Shown here: one piece after another, positions 15,535 to 25,904 of the stretch | How positions within the stretch are numbered: position 1 is the first letter of the stretch | How the letters are laid out: each line of letters starts with the position of its first letter | Virus record (IMG/VR): IMGVR_UViG_3300043442_000575 | Span: 1 to 28,487 of that record | Strand: one strand, 5' to 3' | Origin: a virus | Taxonomy: Duplodnaviria > Caudoviricetes | Length of the DNA: 28,487 nucleotides | Notes under the pieces: model-generated | The model's input: the letters and a program-made list of their open reading frames with translations, nothing else | The model's database searches: none | What the model was told of the DNA's origin: nothing | Program-made: the position numbers and the translations under genes

Positions 15535-17544
15535 ATGCCTCCGAAGACTTCCACCCCCCTCCCCGCCCGGACCCCGACCTATCTCCAGCAGTACAGCCGC
15601 GTGCTCAATGCGGCCTATCGATACGAGCGTATCCAACGGGAGGTCCAGGACGAGCAGGCCCGGGTGCAGTACCTTGACTCGCTCATTGGGCAAGAGCGGC
15701 AGACCCTCGCCGGGTTGCAGCAGGTTTTCCGGGCCGAGCCCTTGTCTCTTGAGGTGGCGCAAGGGCTCCTGCGGGACATGTCCGCGGCGGACACAGCCCG
15801 TGCCCTGGCAGAGGCCCGTGGTGCTGCGGCCTACAAGGCCGGGACGACCGTATCGAAGGGGGAGGCAAGCGAGCTTCGCAGCGCCTACGCACAGAGCGCG
15901 GAGCTTGGTTACTCGACCACCGAGGCACTCCTGGCGGGGGCCTCGCCCGAGAAGCAAGCCGCCATTCTGAAGGCCCTGCCTTCCTCCGTACCCGCGCAAG
16001 ACCGAGCGGCCCTTAGCAAGTACGCAGCATCCGTGGCCTCCAAGAAGCCCTTGGGCACGGGAGGAGGTGGCGCTGCCGCTGCCGAGCAGGCCAAGGCCGT
16101 AAGCAGCGCCCTTGAAGCCGCCTACTTCGCGGGGCCGACCGGCATCCGTGGTGGATACCAGGGCCTCGCCGTCGTCGAGCGCCGCAAGCTGACGGCCGCC
16201 CAGCTTGAAGAAGGTGGAGACAAGAAGGCGGCCGAAGCGCTCCGCAAGAGCGGCTATGCCACGCAGCAAGACGCGCTGGATGCGGCTCTTGAGAGCGTGC
16301 GGGGCAGCGGCGACCCTCAAGCTATTCCTGACCAGTACGCTCGGGACATCTACCTTGAGGCCCGCAATACGCAGGCATATACCAACGCTGAACGGGCAGA
16401 CTTCGAGCAGGAGGTCTTGGACTCCCGGAAGCGCATCGCCAAGCTTGAGGGGGAGCGCGCGTCCATTGCCGGGGCGTACAAGGACCCGGCACAGGAAGCC
16501 ATCAAGCGTGAGCTGACGGCCCGGGGCTACAAGTTCGCGGGCGTGGGCTCGGTCGATGAGTGGCAGAACCGCTACTTGCCCTATCAGAACACCCCCTACT
16601 ACGATGTGCTCCTCAAGGCCGACCGGCTCGTGGACTCGGCCAAGCAAAACGCGAAGCCCCTCTCGCCGACCTCCAAGGCGCAGAACATGGTTGCTACGCT
16701 GACCATGCAGTACGAGCGCACGGGCACCAAGTTCGACTTGGACACCCTGCGCAAGCAGCTCTCCAAGGCGCAGGACCTTAGCCCGGCCGACATCGACGAC
16801 GCCCTGAGCTTCATTGTGGCCTACCGCGAACTCGGCGGAGATGCGCAGGACCCGAAGCAGTTGGAGTTCCTCAAGCAACAAGAAGAGTCCGAGAAGAGAA
16901 ACGCCGAGGCATACCGTGCTGAACGGGAGCAGAAGGCGCTTCTCAAGCAGCGCGAGATTGATGCCGCACGGGAGGACGCCCGCCTCATCGAGGAGAAGCT
17001 CAAGAGGACCCCCGCAGAGGTCCGGGCCGAGCACGCCCGGGACGAGGCCCCCGGCAAGTACTACGCCCGTCTCCGCGCCCTCGGCGTTGACGCCGAAGAC
17101 GCTCGCTCCCTCGCCGTGAAGCAGGTCCCCCCGCCCCCCGCCCCCCGGGCGGCTCCTGTGGCGGCTCCCCCGGCCCCCCCGCCTCCTACCCCCCGGGCGC
17201 CTGTGGCCCCTCCTGTGGCGGCTCCCCCGGCCCCCGAGCCCGGCATTATCGGCGCCCCGTTCGAGGAAGCCGGCACGCCCTACAGCTACCGCAAGACCCC
17301 AGAGGGCTATCTCATCTACAAGGGCGGGTTCTATGCGGGCAAGGCTGCCCCCGGCTCCCATGCTGCCCAATCCATTGAGCGCGTTATGGCGGGGCAAACC
17401 CCCCTTCGACCCTTGCCACCTCCTCCGGCGCCTTCGCCTGCGCCTGTAAGGACCAGCCCTGCGCCTGCCGCGCCCCAGGGTGCGCGCGAACTGAGCGATG
17501 AGGAACTCCTCCAGAAGCTTCTCCAGAAGTATGGGGTTCGGTAA
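15535..17544 (+). CDS. Putative internal virion/ejection protein (669 aa) with Pro-rich C-terminal linkers
   Basis: RBS GAGAGG before ATG 15535; helical Ala/Glu/Lys-rich; second of three genes of increasing size typical of an ejectosome. Confidence 0.6.
   Translation: MPPKTSTPLPARTPTYLQQYSRVLNAAYRYERIQREVQDEQARVQYLDSLIGQERQTLAGLQQVFRAEPLSLEVAQGLLRDMSAADTARALAEARGAAAYKAGTTVSKGEASELRSAYAQSAELGYSTTEALLAGASPEKQAAILKALPSSVPAQDRAALSKYAASVASKKPLGTGGGGAAAAEQAKAVSSALEAAYFAGPTGIRGGYQGLAVVERRKLTAAQLEEGGDKKAAEALRKSGYATQQDALDAALESVRGSGDPQAIPDQYARDIYLEARNTQAYTNAERADFEQEVLDSRKRIAKLEGERASIAGAYKDPAQEAIKRELTARGYKFAGVGSVDEWQNRYLPYQNTPYYDVLLKADRLVDSAKQNAKPLSPTSKAQNMVATLTMQYERTGTKFDLDTLRKQLSKAQDLSPADIDDALSFIVAYRELGGDAQDPKQLEFLKQQEESEKRNAEAYRAEREQKALLKQREIDAAREDARLIEEKLKRTPAEVRAEHARDEAPGKYYARLRALGVDAEDARSLAVKQVPPPPAPRAAPVAAPPAPPPPTPRAPVAPPVAAPPAPEPGIIGAPFEEAGTPYSYRKTPEGYLIYKGGFYAGKAAPGSHAAQSIERVMAGQTPLRPLPPPPAPSPAPVRTSPAPAAPQGARELSDEELLQKLLQKYGVR
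17153..17235 (+). repeat. 26-bp intragenic direct repeat (17153-17178, 17210-17235) encoding PVAAPPAP
   Basis: CTCCTGTGGCGGCTCCCCCGGCCCCC occurs twice. Confidence 0.85.
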
Positions 17545-20500
17545 TGGCCACCACGTCCCAACAGTACTTCGACGCAGCTCTCAGGGCCGACGCAGCCGGA
17601 GACTCTGAGGCTGCGCGTAGGCTCGTGCAGGCAGGCGTCTCCGCCAAGGCCGCAGAGGAGCGTGACCTCCTCGCGCAGGAGCAAGCACGCCCGTTGCCGC
17701 GCATGGAGCCACGCTATCCGACCTTCGCTCCGACCTCTCAGGTAGAGGGGCTGGTTCGGGAAGCCGTCGCGAAGAAGGCCCGCGAAGAAGTTGCCGCACG
17801 GGCCCCCGTGCTCCCCCCGGAGGCGAGCATTTCCGAGCTGCGTGCTGCCCGTGAGAAGGAGGCACGGAAGGTCGCAGAGGCCGCCCGTGCGCGGACCATT
17901 CAACCCGGTGTAGAGCGCCCTGTGGAGCCGGGCACGCTGCCTATCTTCCGGCCCACTCGCATTGAGACGGTGCCTATGGTCCGACTCCCCCGTGACCTAC
18001 AAGACGACCTGGTGTCGATAGACGAGGAGTTTGTGCCGGCGGAGGAGGCGTACAAGTACGGCCCCTATGATGAGGAGGCCCTTCTGAGCGAACAAGCCTA
18101 CTTCGCTGACGAACAACGCAGGCGTATGTACCGGGACCCCGAGACGGGAGAGCTTCGCCCCCCGACCATTCAAGAGGAGTTCATCGAGAGCTTCGCACAG
18201 CAGACCGAAGTTCCTGAAGCTCGGTTTCGGGCAGAAGCCATGGAGCGCGACCTCCAACAGCGCAAAATCGACGAGGCCGTGGCACGCGGCGAAGACGTAC
18301 CCTTCTACAATCGCTATTTGGCGCCAGCGACCTACGGCATTTTGACCTCCGAGCGACAAGGCAAGGGCCTTGTCGAGACGCCGCTTGGGGCGACCCTCCG
18401 AGCAGGGCTTGGCTATGTGGAGGCGGCAGCCGCCGAGGGCGCCTTCCGAGCGTTTGGCTACGAGGTGGACGAGAACGGTGTGCCGGTAGACCCGGACGAC
18501 ACGGCCCTCGCCCTGAAGCGCGCCCGGGAGTGGGCCGGACTCCCCGAGGTTGCCTACCCCTTGCAGACCCTCGGCGTCGCAGCCCGAAACATCACGACCG
18601 CCTTGGGGGCCGAGCCCGAGACGGCCAAGCGTGTCGAAGAAGCCTTCAAGGGTGCGGTGCCTCTGCCGACCCCGCTCCCAGGCTTCGCGACGGAGCGTGA
18701 ACAAGCCAAGACCACGCCCTTCGACCCGGAAGGGGTACGCCGCGTCGGGAGCGAGAAGGCCCCCGACCCGTTGACGGAGCCGAAGGCCGCGCTCGACTTC
18801 TATGCCCGCAAGGTCACCGAGAACGTCGCCAAGGGGCGCACCTTCGCGGACGAGTGGTACGACACGCCCGTTATGCGGGACTACTTCGCCTCCACGCTCG
18901 GGGACGGCGACTGGGCCTTCTATGCCGGCATGGTGCCGAGCGTATTCACCCCTGCCGGGCCGGGGACGGCTACAAGGCTTGTCGGCAAGACCGTCAGCAC
19001 GGCCACGGACCTTGCCAAGCTCAGCGACAAGGCGAAGGCGCTTCAAGCTGTGGAGCAAGCCGCCGAGGACCTACGCCGAGTACCGCGGACACTCGAAACC
19101 GGTGGGGCTAACCCCGAATGGAAGGCCCTCAACAGCCGCCTTGAAGACCTGACCCGCCAAGCCTCGGCGGAGGTCAGCCCCGGCGTTGTGCGCAAGGTCG
19201 CCGAGTCGGCCGTCAAGTTGGCCGTTCCGGAGCAGGCAGCCGCCAACAAGTTCATCGCGGCCATCCAAGACCCGACCAACAAGGTAGAGACCGTCGCCGA
19301 CCTGTACAAGCTCGCCGGCAAGCTCGCCGACTCAGGGGTCACGCCCGAAGCCGTGTCGCAGGTGGCCCGTCTCACGCTGCGCAACACCCCCGATGACTAC
19401 GTGCTCCTGAGCGACGCCATTGCCGTTCCCAGGAGCATGGCAGCGCAGCTCAAGCCACAGTTTGAGAGGGCGCGGAAGGGCCTGTTCCTATCGAGTGCGA
19501 CCAACATGAAGAACAAGCTCGGCGAGCTTGTTCGGGGGCGGGGGTTGCCTCCGGACCACCCCCTCGCAGTTGCGGCCCGCAAGCTCCAAGACAAGCTGCC
19601 CACTGCGAACCCGGGGCGGACATACTTCGCGGATTTGAGCGAAGACCTACAGAATGAGCTTCGGACCTTCGTGCGGTCTACGGCGGCACGGGCCGGCAAG
19701 GACCCTGACGCTGCCTTCAAGGCGTTCATCAACAACGCCCCTCCCGCCTACGGCCCACTCAAGTTGGTGGGAGAGGGAGGGCGAATCTTCAGATCTTGGG
19801 ACGAGGTTCCCGCGGCGCTTCGCCGCCAGGCCGTGGACGCACATGACGTGGCCATTGCAAGGGAGCTTCGCCAAGCACGGAGAGCGAGCGAACTCACCCG
19901 GGCGCAGATTTACTTCGACTCCGCCGAGCAGAGCCTCGGGGCTGCGAAGTTCTTCGACTCCCCCTTCGTCAGGAAGCTCAGGGCTCTTGTGGGTGTGCAG
20001 CACCAAGAGACTCTTGCTGCTGCACGGACGGCCAACGAAATCCGCCGGGCCGGGCAGACCTCCTTGCGTGACATGAGGGCGCTGTTTGGGAAGAAGCTGC
20101 AAGAAACCGGCGATGTGGACCTCGCACTCAACGCCATGTTGCGCGAGCAACTTACTCAAGCCGGAGAGTCCTCGGGCAAGGCTTGGGATGTGCTCTATAC
20201 GCTGCTGTATGGCGAGCGGACCAAGGACGCAGCTCTTGCCGCAGCCGAGGCCCGCGTGCCCGGCCTTATGGACGAGTTCCCGACCCTCGACGCCGTTAGG
20301 GCCCTCGACAAGCAACTTGCCGACGACAAGGTCGTGCTTGGAATGCTGACCCCTGACTTCGAGGCAGCCTTCTTGAAGGTCACGCTCGACGAGGGCCTTC
20401 GGAAGAACCTCTCCAAGGTCCGGCGGGACATCTTCCTCTCTGGGGCTGCACGGTCGTTTGTGGACAACGTGCCGCTCGGGGAACTCGTTGAGTTCGGCGC

Positions 20501-22328
20501 CTCCAACAATGCGCTGCGCAATGCCGACGAGCTGCTTGCGCGGCAAGGCAAGCTACTGCCCTTCACTTCGGGGGTGGGGGCCAAGGTCATTCCCGACGCC
20601 ATGGGCCTCCCTCGGACCTTCGTCTACGACGTTGCAGCAAGCCAAGTTGAGAAGGCCATCGCCGAAGGAATGGGCGAGGGCTTGTTCCAAGTGCTCGATG
20701 ATATTCCCGTCCAGGCTCGCGCAGACACCGTGAGCTATGCGCGGGACACCCTTGAGGCGGTGCTCGGGACGTGGCGTCGCAATGTGCAGCAGCGCTGGCA
20801 CTACGGCTGGGTCGTTCCCAACCTCCTCACCATGGGGGGTCGGTTGCTCTCCATGGCCATCATCCCGGTGACGACCATTGGGGCCTTCGACACCCTCGCG
20901 GCCTCGGGGCGAGGGGCTACAAGAGCGCTGAACTACGCCAGGGAGGCCGTAGGGCTTCGGCGGACGGTCGGCGGGGGCATCACGACGCCCGAGGGGGTCT
21001 ACTACAGCCCGCAAGTGTTGGAGGATCTCGGGCGGTCCTACGGGCTCGGGGTCACACAGCTTGAAACCGAGCGTGTCGGGACCCTCGCCCGAGAGCTTAT
21101 GGCGGAGGTCAATAGGCAGCGCAGCAAGGTCCCGAAGGTGTGGGGCTTGGCGAGCAGGTTCGACCCCCGCGACAAGGGCTTCTTCGTTCGCGTCGCAGAG
21201 GCCATGGAGCTTGGTTTCCGCAAGAGCGTTTTCGAGATGGCCCTCGCCCGTGGCGACGTGCCAAGCGAGGCAGCGGAGCTTGCCCGCAAGAGCCAGTTCG
21301 ACTACTCGCGGACCCCCGACTTCGTGCAGCAGCAGCTTGGGCAGTACGTGGGCGAGAGCGCCGCCCTGTATCAAGCGACCACCGAGGCCCTGCTCAAGCT
21401 CAGGGAAAACCCACAAGCCGCGACGGCCATTCTCAAGGCCAACCGACAGAAGGCCGAGGCGCAGGACCCCTACAACATTCATGGAGACAAGGCTCTGAAG
21501 TCGCTCGGCATTGTGACGCTCGACGACAAGAGCACCTACTACCTGCCTGAGACGCCCATTCTTCGCCCGGTCGAGGCAGTGCTTGGAGCGGCCCGTCGTG
21601 CTGACCTACTCGCCTCGGATATCGTGGAGGCTTACAAGCTCGAAGGGGCCCTGAACGCAGCCTATGCTGCGACCGTGGGAACGGGTGGCATGGTGGTCCG
21701 CACCCTGGGCGACATTCTTCTGCCCAGCGTTGTAGAGGCTTATGACCGCTTCGATGAGGGAGACGAGTACATCACCACCGGCGTCCCTGACGCGGCTCCT
21801 ATGAGCGACGAGAAGGTATTTTGGACCCTTGCCTTGGCGGCGCACCTCCGTGACCCGCAGCACGAGCCCGGAGGTGACTGGAGCACCTTCGTGAGCTACT
21901 TCGACCCGGTGGTCGTAGACCCTCCCGCGGAGCAGACCACGGAGTACAACGGCAAGAAGTACTGGACTCGACAGCCGCCCGAGGGCACACCGCACGTCTA
22001 CATGGGAATGGACGAGAAGGGCCGGCGTCTCTATACGGCCTTGAAGCCCAGCGCTCAAGGCATGCGCAACATCAAGCTCATGCGAACGGTGACCCCGCAA
22101 ACCCTTGAGCGGCTGCTTCCCCTCTATACGACCCTGGACTTCGAGAAGGGGGCGGCCCCACCCAAGCGGGGGCCGTACGAGGTCTATGCAGAGCCGCTGG
22201 TGCCGAAGAGCCGGACTCAAGCCGCCATGGACGCGGTGCTGCCCAGGGTGGAGATGACCCCCGAGCAGGTACGCCTCAAACAGGCCGAGGGCATTCGTAG
22301 CGTCCGAGAGCAGATTAAGGTAGACTGA
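17544..22328 (+). CDS. Large internal virion/ejection protein (1594 aa)
   Basis: TAATG coupling; largest ORF, helical; AAELARKSQFDYS motif typical of large podoviral ejection proteins. Confidence 0.7.
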   Translation: MATTSQQYFDAALRADAAGDSEAARRLVQAGVSAKAAEERDLLAQEQARPLPRMEPRYPTFAPTSQVEGLVREAVAKKAREEVAARAPVLPPEASISELRAAREKEARKVAEAARARTIQPGVERPVEPGTLPIFRPTRIETVPMVRLPRDLQDDLVSIDEEFVPAEEAYKYGPYDEEALLSEQAYFADEQRRRMYRDPETGELRPPTIQEEFIESFAQQTEVPEARFRAEAMERDLQQRKIDEAVARGEDVPFYNRYLAPATYGILTSERQGKGLVETPLGATLRAGLGYVEAAAAEGAFRAFGYEVDENGVPVDPDDTALALKRAREWAGLPEVAYPLQTLGVAARNITTALGAEPETAKRVEEAFKGAVPLPTPLPGFATEREQAKTTPFDPEGVRRVGSEKAPDPLTEPKAALDFYARKVTENVAKGRTFADEWYDTPVMRDYFASTLGDGDWAFYAGMVPSVFTPAGPGTATRLVGKTVSTATDLAKLSDKAKALQAVEQAAEDLRRVPRTLETGGANPEWKALNSRLEDLTRQASAEVSPGVVRKVAESAVKLAVPEQAAANKFIAAIQDPTNKVETVADLYKLAGKLADSGVTPEAVSQVARLTLRNTPDDYVLLSDAIAVPRSMAAQLKPQFERARKGLFLSSATNMKNKLGELVRGRGLPPDHPLAVAARKLQDKLPTANPGRTYFADLSEDLQNELRTFVRSTAARAGKDPDAAFKAFINNAPPAYGPLKLVGEGGRIFRSWDEVPAALRRQAVDAHDVAIARELRQARRASELTRAQIYFDSAEQSLGAAKFFDSPFVRKLRALVGVQHQETLAAARTANEIRRAGQTSLRDMRALFGKKLQETGDVDLALNAMLREQLTQAGESSGKAWDVLYTLLYGERTKDAALAAAEARVPGLMDEFPTLDAVRALDKQLADDKVVLGMLTPDFEAAFLKVTLDEGLRKNLSKVRRDIFLSGAARSFVDNVPLGELVEFGASNNALRNADELLARQGKLLPFTSGVGAKVIPDAMGLPRTFVYDVAASQVEKAIAEGMGEGLFQVLDDIPVQARADTVSYARDTLEAVLGTWRRNVQQRWHYGWVVPNLLTMGGRLLSMAIIPVTTIGAFDTLAASGRGATRALNYAREAVGLRRTVGGGITTPEGVYYSPQVLEDLGRSYGLGVTQLETERVGTLARELMAEVNRQRSKVPKVWGLASRFDPRDKGFFVRVAEAMELGFRKSVFEMALARGDVPSEAAELARKSQFDYSRTPDFVQQQLGQYVGESAALYQATTEALLKLRENPQAATAILKANRQKAEAQDPYNIHGDKALKSLGIVTLDDKSTYYLPETPILRPVEAVLGAARRADLLASDIVEAYKLEGALNAAYAATVGTGGMVVRTLGDILLPSVVEAYDRFDEGDEYITTGVPDAAPMSDEKVFWTLALAAHLRDPQHEPGGDWSTFVSYFDPVVVDPPAEQTTEYNGKKYWTRQPPEGTPHVYMGMDEKGRRLYTALKPSAQGMRNIKLMRTVTPQTLERLLPLYTTLDFEKGAAPPKRGPYEVYAEPLVPKSRTQAAMDAVLPRVEMTPEQVRLKQAEGIRSVREQIKVD

Positions 22329-22366
22329 CACAACACAACCGCCGCCCACGCAAGAGGGGGACTCCA

Positions 22367-22798
22367 GTGCCGACCAGAGTAACCAATTTCCTTCACGTTT
22401 CGCAGACCACGGGCACCACGGGCCTGACCAATGCCTTCGGGACTGCCCGCACCCACAACCTGACGTTGAACCTGCCGTCGTTTCAGTCGACCGCGAAGTG
22501 GTGGGCGGGCATTCTGGAGACGGTCAACCTGCACGTCCATGCCATCGCAGGCGGCTGCACATCGCTGACCGTGCGCGTGACTTCGGATGCGGCCGGCAAC
22601 GAGAGCATCCTCCCGGACACCGTGGCAACCATTGCCACGGGCATCGGCACAGGGACCACGGGCAGCGTCGCCTTCTCGGCAGGGGTTGGCATGACCAACC
22701 GCAACCCCACGCAAACCACCACGACGGTCTATGTGTGGGTCAAGACAAACGCCGGGACGTGCAACCTCAAGGACTCCACCATTACGTGGCGGGAGTGA
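22367..22798 (+). CDS. Putative virion protein, Thr-rich beta-sandwich (143 aa)
   Basis: GTG start with GAGGGGG RBS; composition and context. Confidence 0.6.
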   Translation: MPTRVTNFLHVSQTTGTTGLTNAFGTARTHNLTLNLPSFQSTAKWWAGILETVNLHVHAIAGGCTSLTVRVTSDAAGNESILPDTVATIATGIGTGTTGSVAFSAGVGMTNRNPTQTTTTVYVWVKTNAGTCNLKDSTITWRE

Positions 22799-22801
22799 GC
22801 C

Positions 22802-23908
22802 GTGCCAATTGCGCCCTTCTTCTCTCCCACCACCGGAGCAAGCGGTGGAGCCACGGCCGGCTATCCCCCGCTTAGCGTGACGCAGCCCTCCGGTGTGGCG
22901 CTGGCTTCGGGGGTCACTTCCACACCGGTGACCTTCGCGGCGGCTTCTGGGGGCTCCGGCACCTACACCTACGACCCTCCGGTGGTCACCCACTCCGTCG
23001 GCTCGGGCGCATCGGCCTCGGGGACGGCGCCCGGGTCGGTGACGGTGTCCGGTCTGGCCAACGCGGACGTTCTGCGAGTGACCGTGACCGTCACCGACAC
23101 GGTGACAGGGCAAACGGCGACTATGGTCGCCGAGGTCTCTGTGGCCGCCTCTGCGTCCACGGCCTGGACCTCCCATGCTGAGTTCGACTTCACGACGGGG
23201 CTGGCGGTGGCCTCCAGCTCTGCGACCAGCGGGAGCCTCGCGGTGACCACCACGGGGGGCGCGGCCTACGCCACGGTGCTGCTCGGCGGCTCGGGCACGG
23301 CGACGAGCCGCTCTGTCTCCGTTGGCTCTGGTGGGCTGGTGGTCTCCGTCACGGACGACGGTGACGCGACCAGCTCCGGGCACCAAGGCGCCGTGCAAAT
23401 CAGCACGGCGGGGCTCAATTTCGGCCAGCCCATCCTCATCGAGCTGTTGGTGGACTCTGTCACCCTGACCCAGGACAGTGACGCACCAATGGCCGCCGGT
23501 TTCCTCGGCCCCTCCGCCACGGCGGCGGCTGGAACGTGGTTTGTCGGACCTCGCTACGGAACCACCTCGGACTTCCTGTTTCGCCTCTATTCGGGAAGCT
23601 CTACCAGCACGCAGCAGACCCCCGCGGCGGCCGTGCCCGCACAGGGCCGTATCCAGTGGCTGCTGACCGGCTCCGCCGCCGAGGTGCGTTGGAAGGCCGG
23701 CGCCAACACATTCCTCGGGGCCATCGACACCAGCCCGGACCTTGTTGGCTCCGGCTCCCTGTCCGGGTCGGTGGCCGCCTCCGTCCCGACCTCGCCCTAC
23801 TCGGGCGGGCTGGCCGTCGGTGGCTATGTCAATGCGAAGGGCCCGGCCCTTCTGTCGTCCGTCCGGGTGACCAAGCTGAAGGTTTGGAAGCCCGGCTACA
23901 CCCTGTAG
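22802..23908 (+). CDS. Putative fibre/adhesin: Ig-like N-terminal region plus beta-sandwich (368 aa)
   Basis: Very Ser/Thr/Gly/Ala/Val rich; ASGGSGTYTY...VTVTDT pattern typical of Ig-like repeats. Confidence 0.55.
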   Translation: MPIAPFFSPTTGASGGATAGYPPLSVTQPSGVALASGVTSTPVTFAAASGGSGTYTYDPPVVTHSVGSGASASGTAPGSVTVSGLANADVLRVTVTVTDTVTGQTATMVAEVSVAASASTAWTSHAEFDFTTGLAVASSSATSGSLAVTTTGGAAYATVLLGGSGTATSRSVSVGSGGLVVSVTDDGDATSSGHQGAVQISTAGLNFGQPILIELLVDSVTLTQDSDAPMAAGFLGPSATAAAGTWFVGPRYGTTSDFLFRLYSGSSTSTQQTPAAAVPAQGRIQWLLTGSAAEVRWKAGANTFLGAIDTSPDLVGSGSLSGSVAASVPTSPYSGGLAVGGYVNAKGPALLSSVRVTKLKVWKPGYTL

Positions 23909-23918
23909 GAGCTACGTC

Positions 23919-24116
23919 ATGCCCGCGACTACACTTGAGACAGGCGAGGTCGTCACCACCGTAGGGCCCGACGGTGACGAGTACACCGCCGTCCGGGTGG
24001 TGCTGTTCATCCCGGCCTCTCTACTCTCCGAGGTGGGGCGGGAGGCCCTGGCGGCCCAGTTGGGCGAGGCCACGGTCGCTGAGGTCGAGCGCGTACTCGG
24101 CGAGGTAGGCCCTTGA
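23919..24116 (+). CDS. Small acidic hypothetical protein (65 aa)
   Basis: RBS AGGAG, codon usage consistent with neighbours. Confidence 0.65.
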   Translation: MPATTLETGEVVTTVGPDGDEYTAVRVVLFIPASLLSEVGREALAAQLGEATVAEVERVLGEVGP

Positions 24117-24234
24117 TTTTCCCGACCCGCCCCCCCACCCTCCGTGGGAGGTACACGAAGGTTGTCCGGCAGTATTGGTCGCCCAGCCTGCCGCATCCTG
24201 GAACGTACAGCATTAACTCTTGGGAGCGACGCAG

Positions 24235-24555
24235 ATGAGTCCCGAAATGTTGACATCCAGCCTCGGATTTTTGCCGTATTTGGCAGGACCTGGCGCAGCC
24301 GTTGTCGCGCTTATGCTCCTGCTTGTGGGGCTCTATGCGCTTGTAGTGCGGCATATCATCCCCCTGGCTGCTGCTCTTGGCAAACGGCATCTGGACCAAA
24401 TCGATACTCTGATTGGAAATCAGAAATCTGCCAACGACACGATCACCAAGGCTCTCCAATCGATTGACCGGCGCTTGGGGGTTATCGATGCCCGGCGAAC
24501 CGTGTCACAGGACATCCCCCACTCCTATCCCCACTCCCCTGACCGCCTCACCTGA
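24235..24555 (+). CDS. Holin-like membrane protein (106 aa)
   Basis: RBS GGGAG; hydrophobic segment AAVVALMLLLVGLYALVV then a coiled coil; two genes upstream of the endolysin. Confidence 0.55.
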   Translation: MSPEMLTSSLGFLPYLAGPGAAVVALMLLLVGLYALVVRHIIPLAAALGKRHLDQIDTLIGNQKSANDTITKALQSIDRRLGVIDARRTVSQDIPHSYPHSPDRLT

Positions 24556-24572
24556 GCACCAAGGAGTGCCCC

Positions 24573-24827
24573 ATGCCCACTTCCCGCAAGCCTGCACAGG
24601 GCAAGGCCAAGGTGAAAACCACCAAGGAAGGCAAGAAGGTCTCCTACGGGGAGGCCGGGGCGAAGGTCGCCCCTGGTACCTCCCGTGGGGACGCCTACTG
24701 CGCGAGGTCCATGGGCATCAAGCGGGAGCTTCCCGTCGATAAGGCCAATGACCCGGACACCCCCAACAACCTCTCCCGCAAGGCGTGGCGCTGTGTGGGG
24801 GAGAAGTCCAAGCGGAGCAAGAAGTGA
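24573..24827 (+). CDS. Small basic phage protein, DUF6321-like (84 aa)
   Basis: RBS AAGGAG; YCARS.GI...DP..PNNLSRKAWRC pattern recalled from a widespread phage family (family name from memory, unverified). Confidence 0.6.
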   Translation: MPTSRKPAQGKAKVKTTKEGKKVSYGEAGAKVAPGTSRGDAYCARSMGIKRELPVDKANDPDTPNNLSRKAWRCVGEKSKRSKK

Positions 24828-25303
24828 GTCACGTCATACATACTCGGCTCGACGGGCAGCCCGGTGCGTTCTTCTCGTGGGCGGAACTCACCCGCACGGG
24901 CACCGGCTTGCCGAACGAGCCCATCCCCGAACACAGGCTGAACCTGCAAGTTCTCACGCAGGTGATTTTGGATCCATTGCGGGAACACCTCGGCAAGCCG
25001 GTTCGAGTGACCTCTGGTTACCGGACCCCCCAAGTCAACGCGCGCATTGGGGGGAGCAAGACCTCGGCGCACATGACGGGTGAAGCGGCCGACCTGAAGG
25101 TGGACGGCCTTGATGCACATGCGCTTGTTGAGGCCCTGTACCTCGTTGACCCGTCCGGAGGCTGGGACCAAGTCATCGCCTATGCCCCTGCACGGGGGGG
25201 CCACGTCCACGTCGGCATCAAGGCCGGGGCCTGGGCCCGCCACCGGGGACAGGTGCTGTGGGCTCCTGCTTCCGGTGGTTACGAGCCCTATAGGCGCCCC
25301 TAA
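24824..25303 (+). CDS. Endolysin, peptidase M15 family (159 aa)
   Basis: FSWAELT, LDPLRE..GKPVRVTSGYR, SAHMTGEAAD and HVHV Zn-binding motifs; GTGA overlap with the previous gene. Confidence 0.9.
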   Translation: MSHVIHTRLDGQPGAFFSWAELTRTGTGLPNEPIPEHRLNLQVLTQVILDPLREHLGKPVRVTSGYRTPQVNARIGGSKTSAHMTGEAADLKVDGLDAHALVEALYLVDPSGGWDQVIAYAPARGGHVHVGIKAGAWARHRGQVLWAPASGGYEPYRRP

Positions 25304-25548
25304 GACTCCCCCGGCTTGTTATCGAGCGTGTCGAGGTCCGCACGCACGGAGTCCAGCTCCGCTCGGGTGGACTCAAGCTCGACCAGAAGTTTTTCCAGGC
25401 GGCGATGTTGAGCCCACAAGCGGACCTGTAGGCTCTCTGTCGCCGAGAGCAGGTCCATGGGGTCGTCGGGCAGCACCTCGCGAGGACCCCGGCCAATGGC
25501 CTTGAGGAGGAGCTGAAGGCCAAGGGGAGTGTTTTTATTGCCCATCAT
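25300..25548 (-). CDS. Small coiled-coil hypothetical protein (82 aa)
   Basis: RBS GGAGG and TAATG coupling with the upstream - strand gene; converges on the endolysin stop. Confidence 0.65.
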   Translation of the reverse strand: MMGNKNTPLGLQLLLKAIGRGPREVLPDDPMDLLSATESLQVRLWAQHRRLEKLLVELESTRAELDSVRADLDTLDNKPGES

Positions 25549-25880
25549 TAGGAACCTCCCTTCGGAGCTGCAAGACGAGTCCGGACACGCGATGCGACTT
25601 CACGGAGGTCCTGCAAGAGAACTTCGCTGCAAGGCGCCCGACGGCCGTTACGGCCGTCACGGCGGGGCTCGGCGCGGACCTCAAGCTGAGCCCGGTCCCT
25701 GCGGCAGGCCACCGCGACCTGCCCGGGGTACTCGTTCCCGCCGCCGTGGTTTGCGTGGAGGAAGACGGCCCAAACCACCGGGCCGGTGCCGTAGTTCTGC
25801 GAAGTCACCGGCCCGAAGTGGATGGCTCCGGCCTTCTGACCGGAGAGCTTCTTGAGAAGCTCAAGGGCTTGAGCTTGCAT
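25548..25880 (-). CDS. Hypothetical protein (110 aa)
   Basis: RBS GGGAG before ATG; downstream of the replication gene. Confidence 0.7.
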   Translation of the reverse strand: MQAQALELLKKLSGQKAGAIHFGPVTSQNYGTGPVVWAVFLHANHGGGNEYPGQVAVACRRDRAQLEVRAEPRRDGRNGRRAPCSEVLLQDLREVASRVRTRLAAPKGGS

Positions 25881-25904
25881 GGGTGGCTCCCGCCTTCCGT
25901 AGGA

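Noticed and set aside
1261-25303. Stop-codon reassignment or alternative genetic code
   Set aside because: Genes tile densely under the standard code, and TAA, TAG and TGA all end well-supported genes
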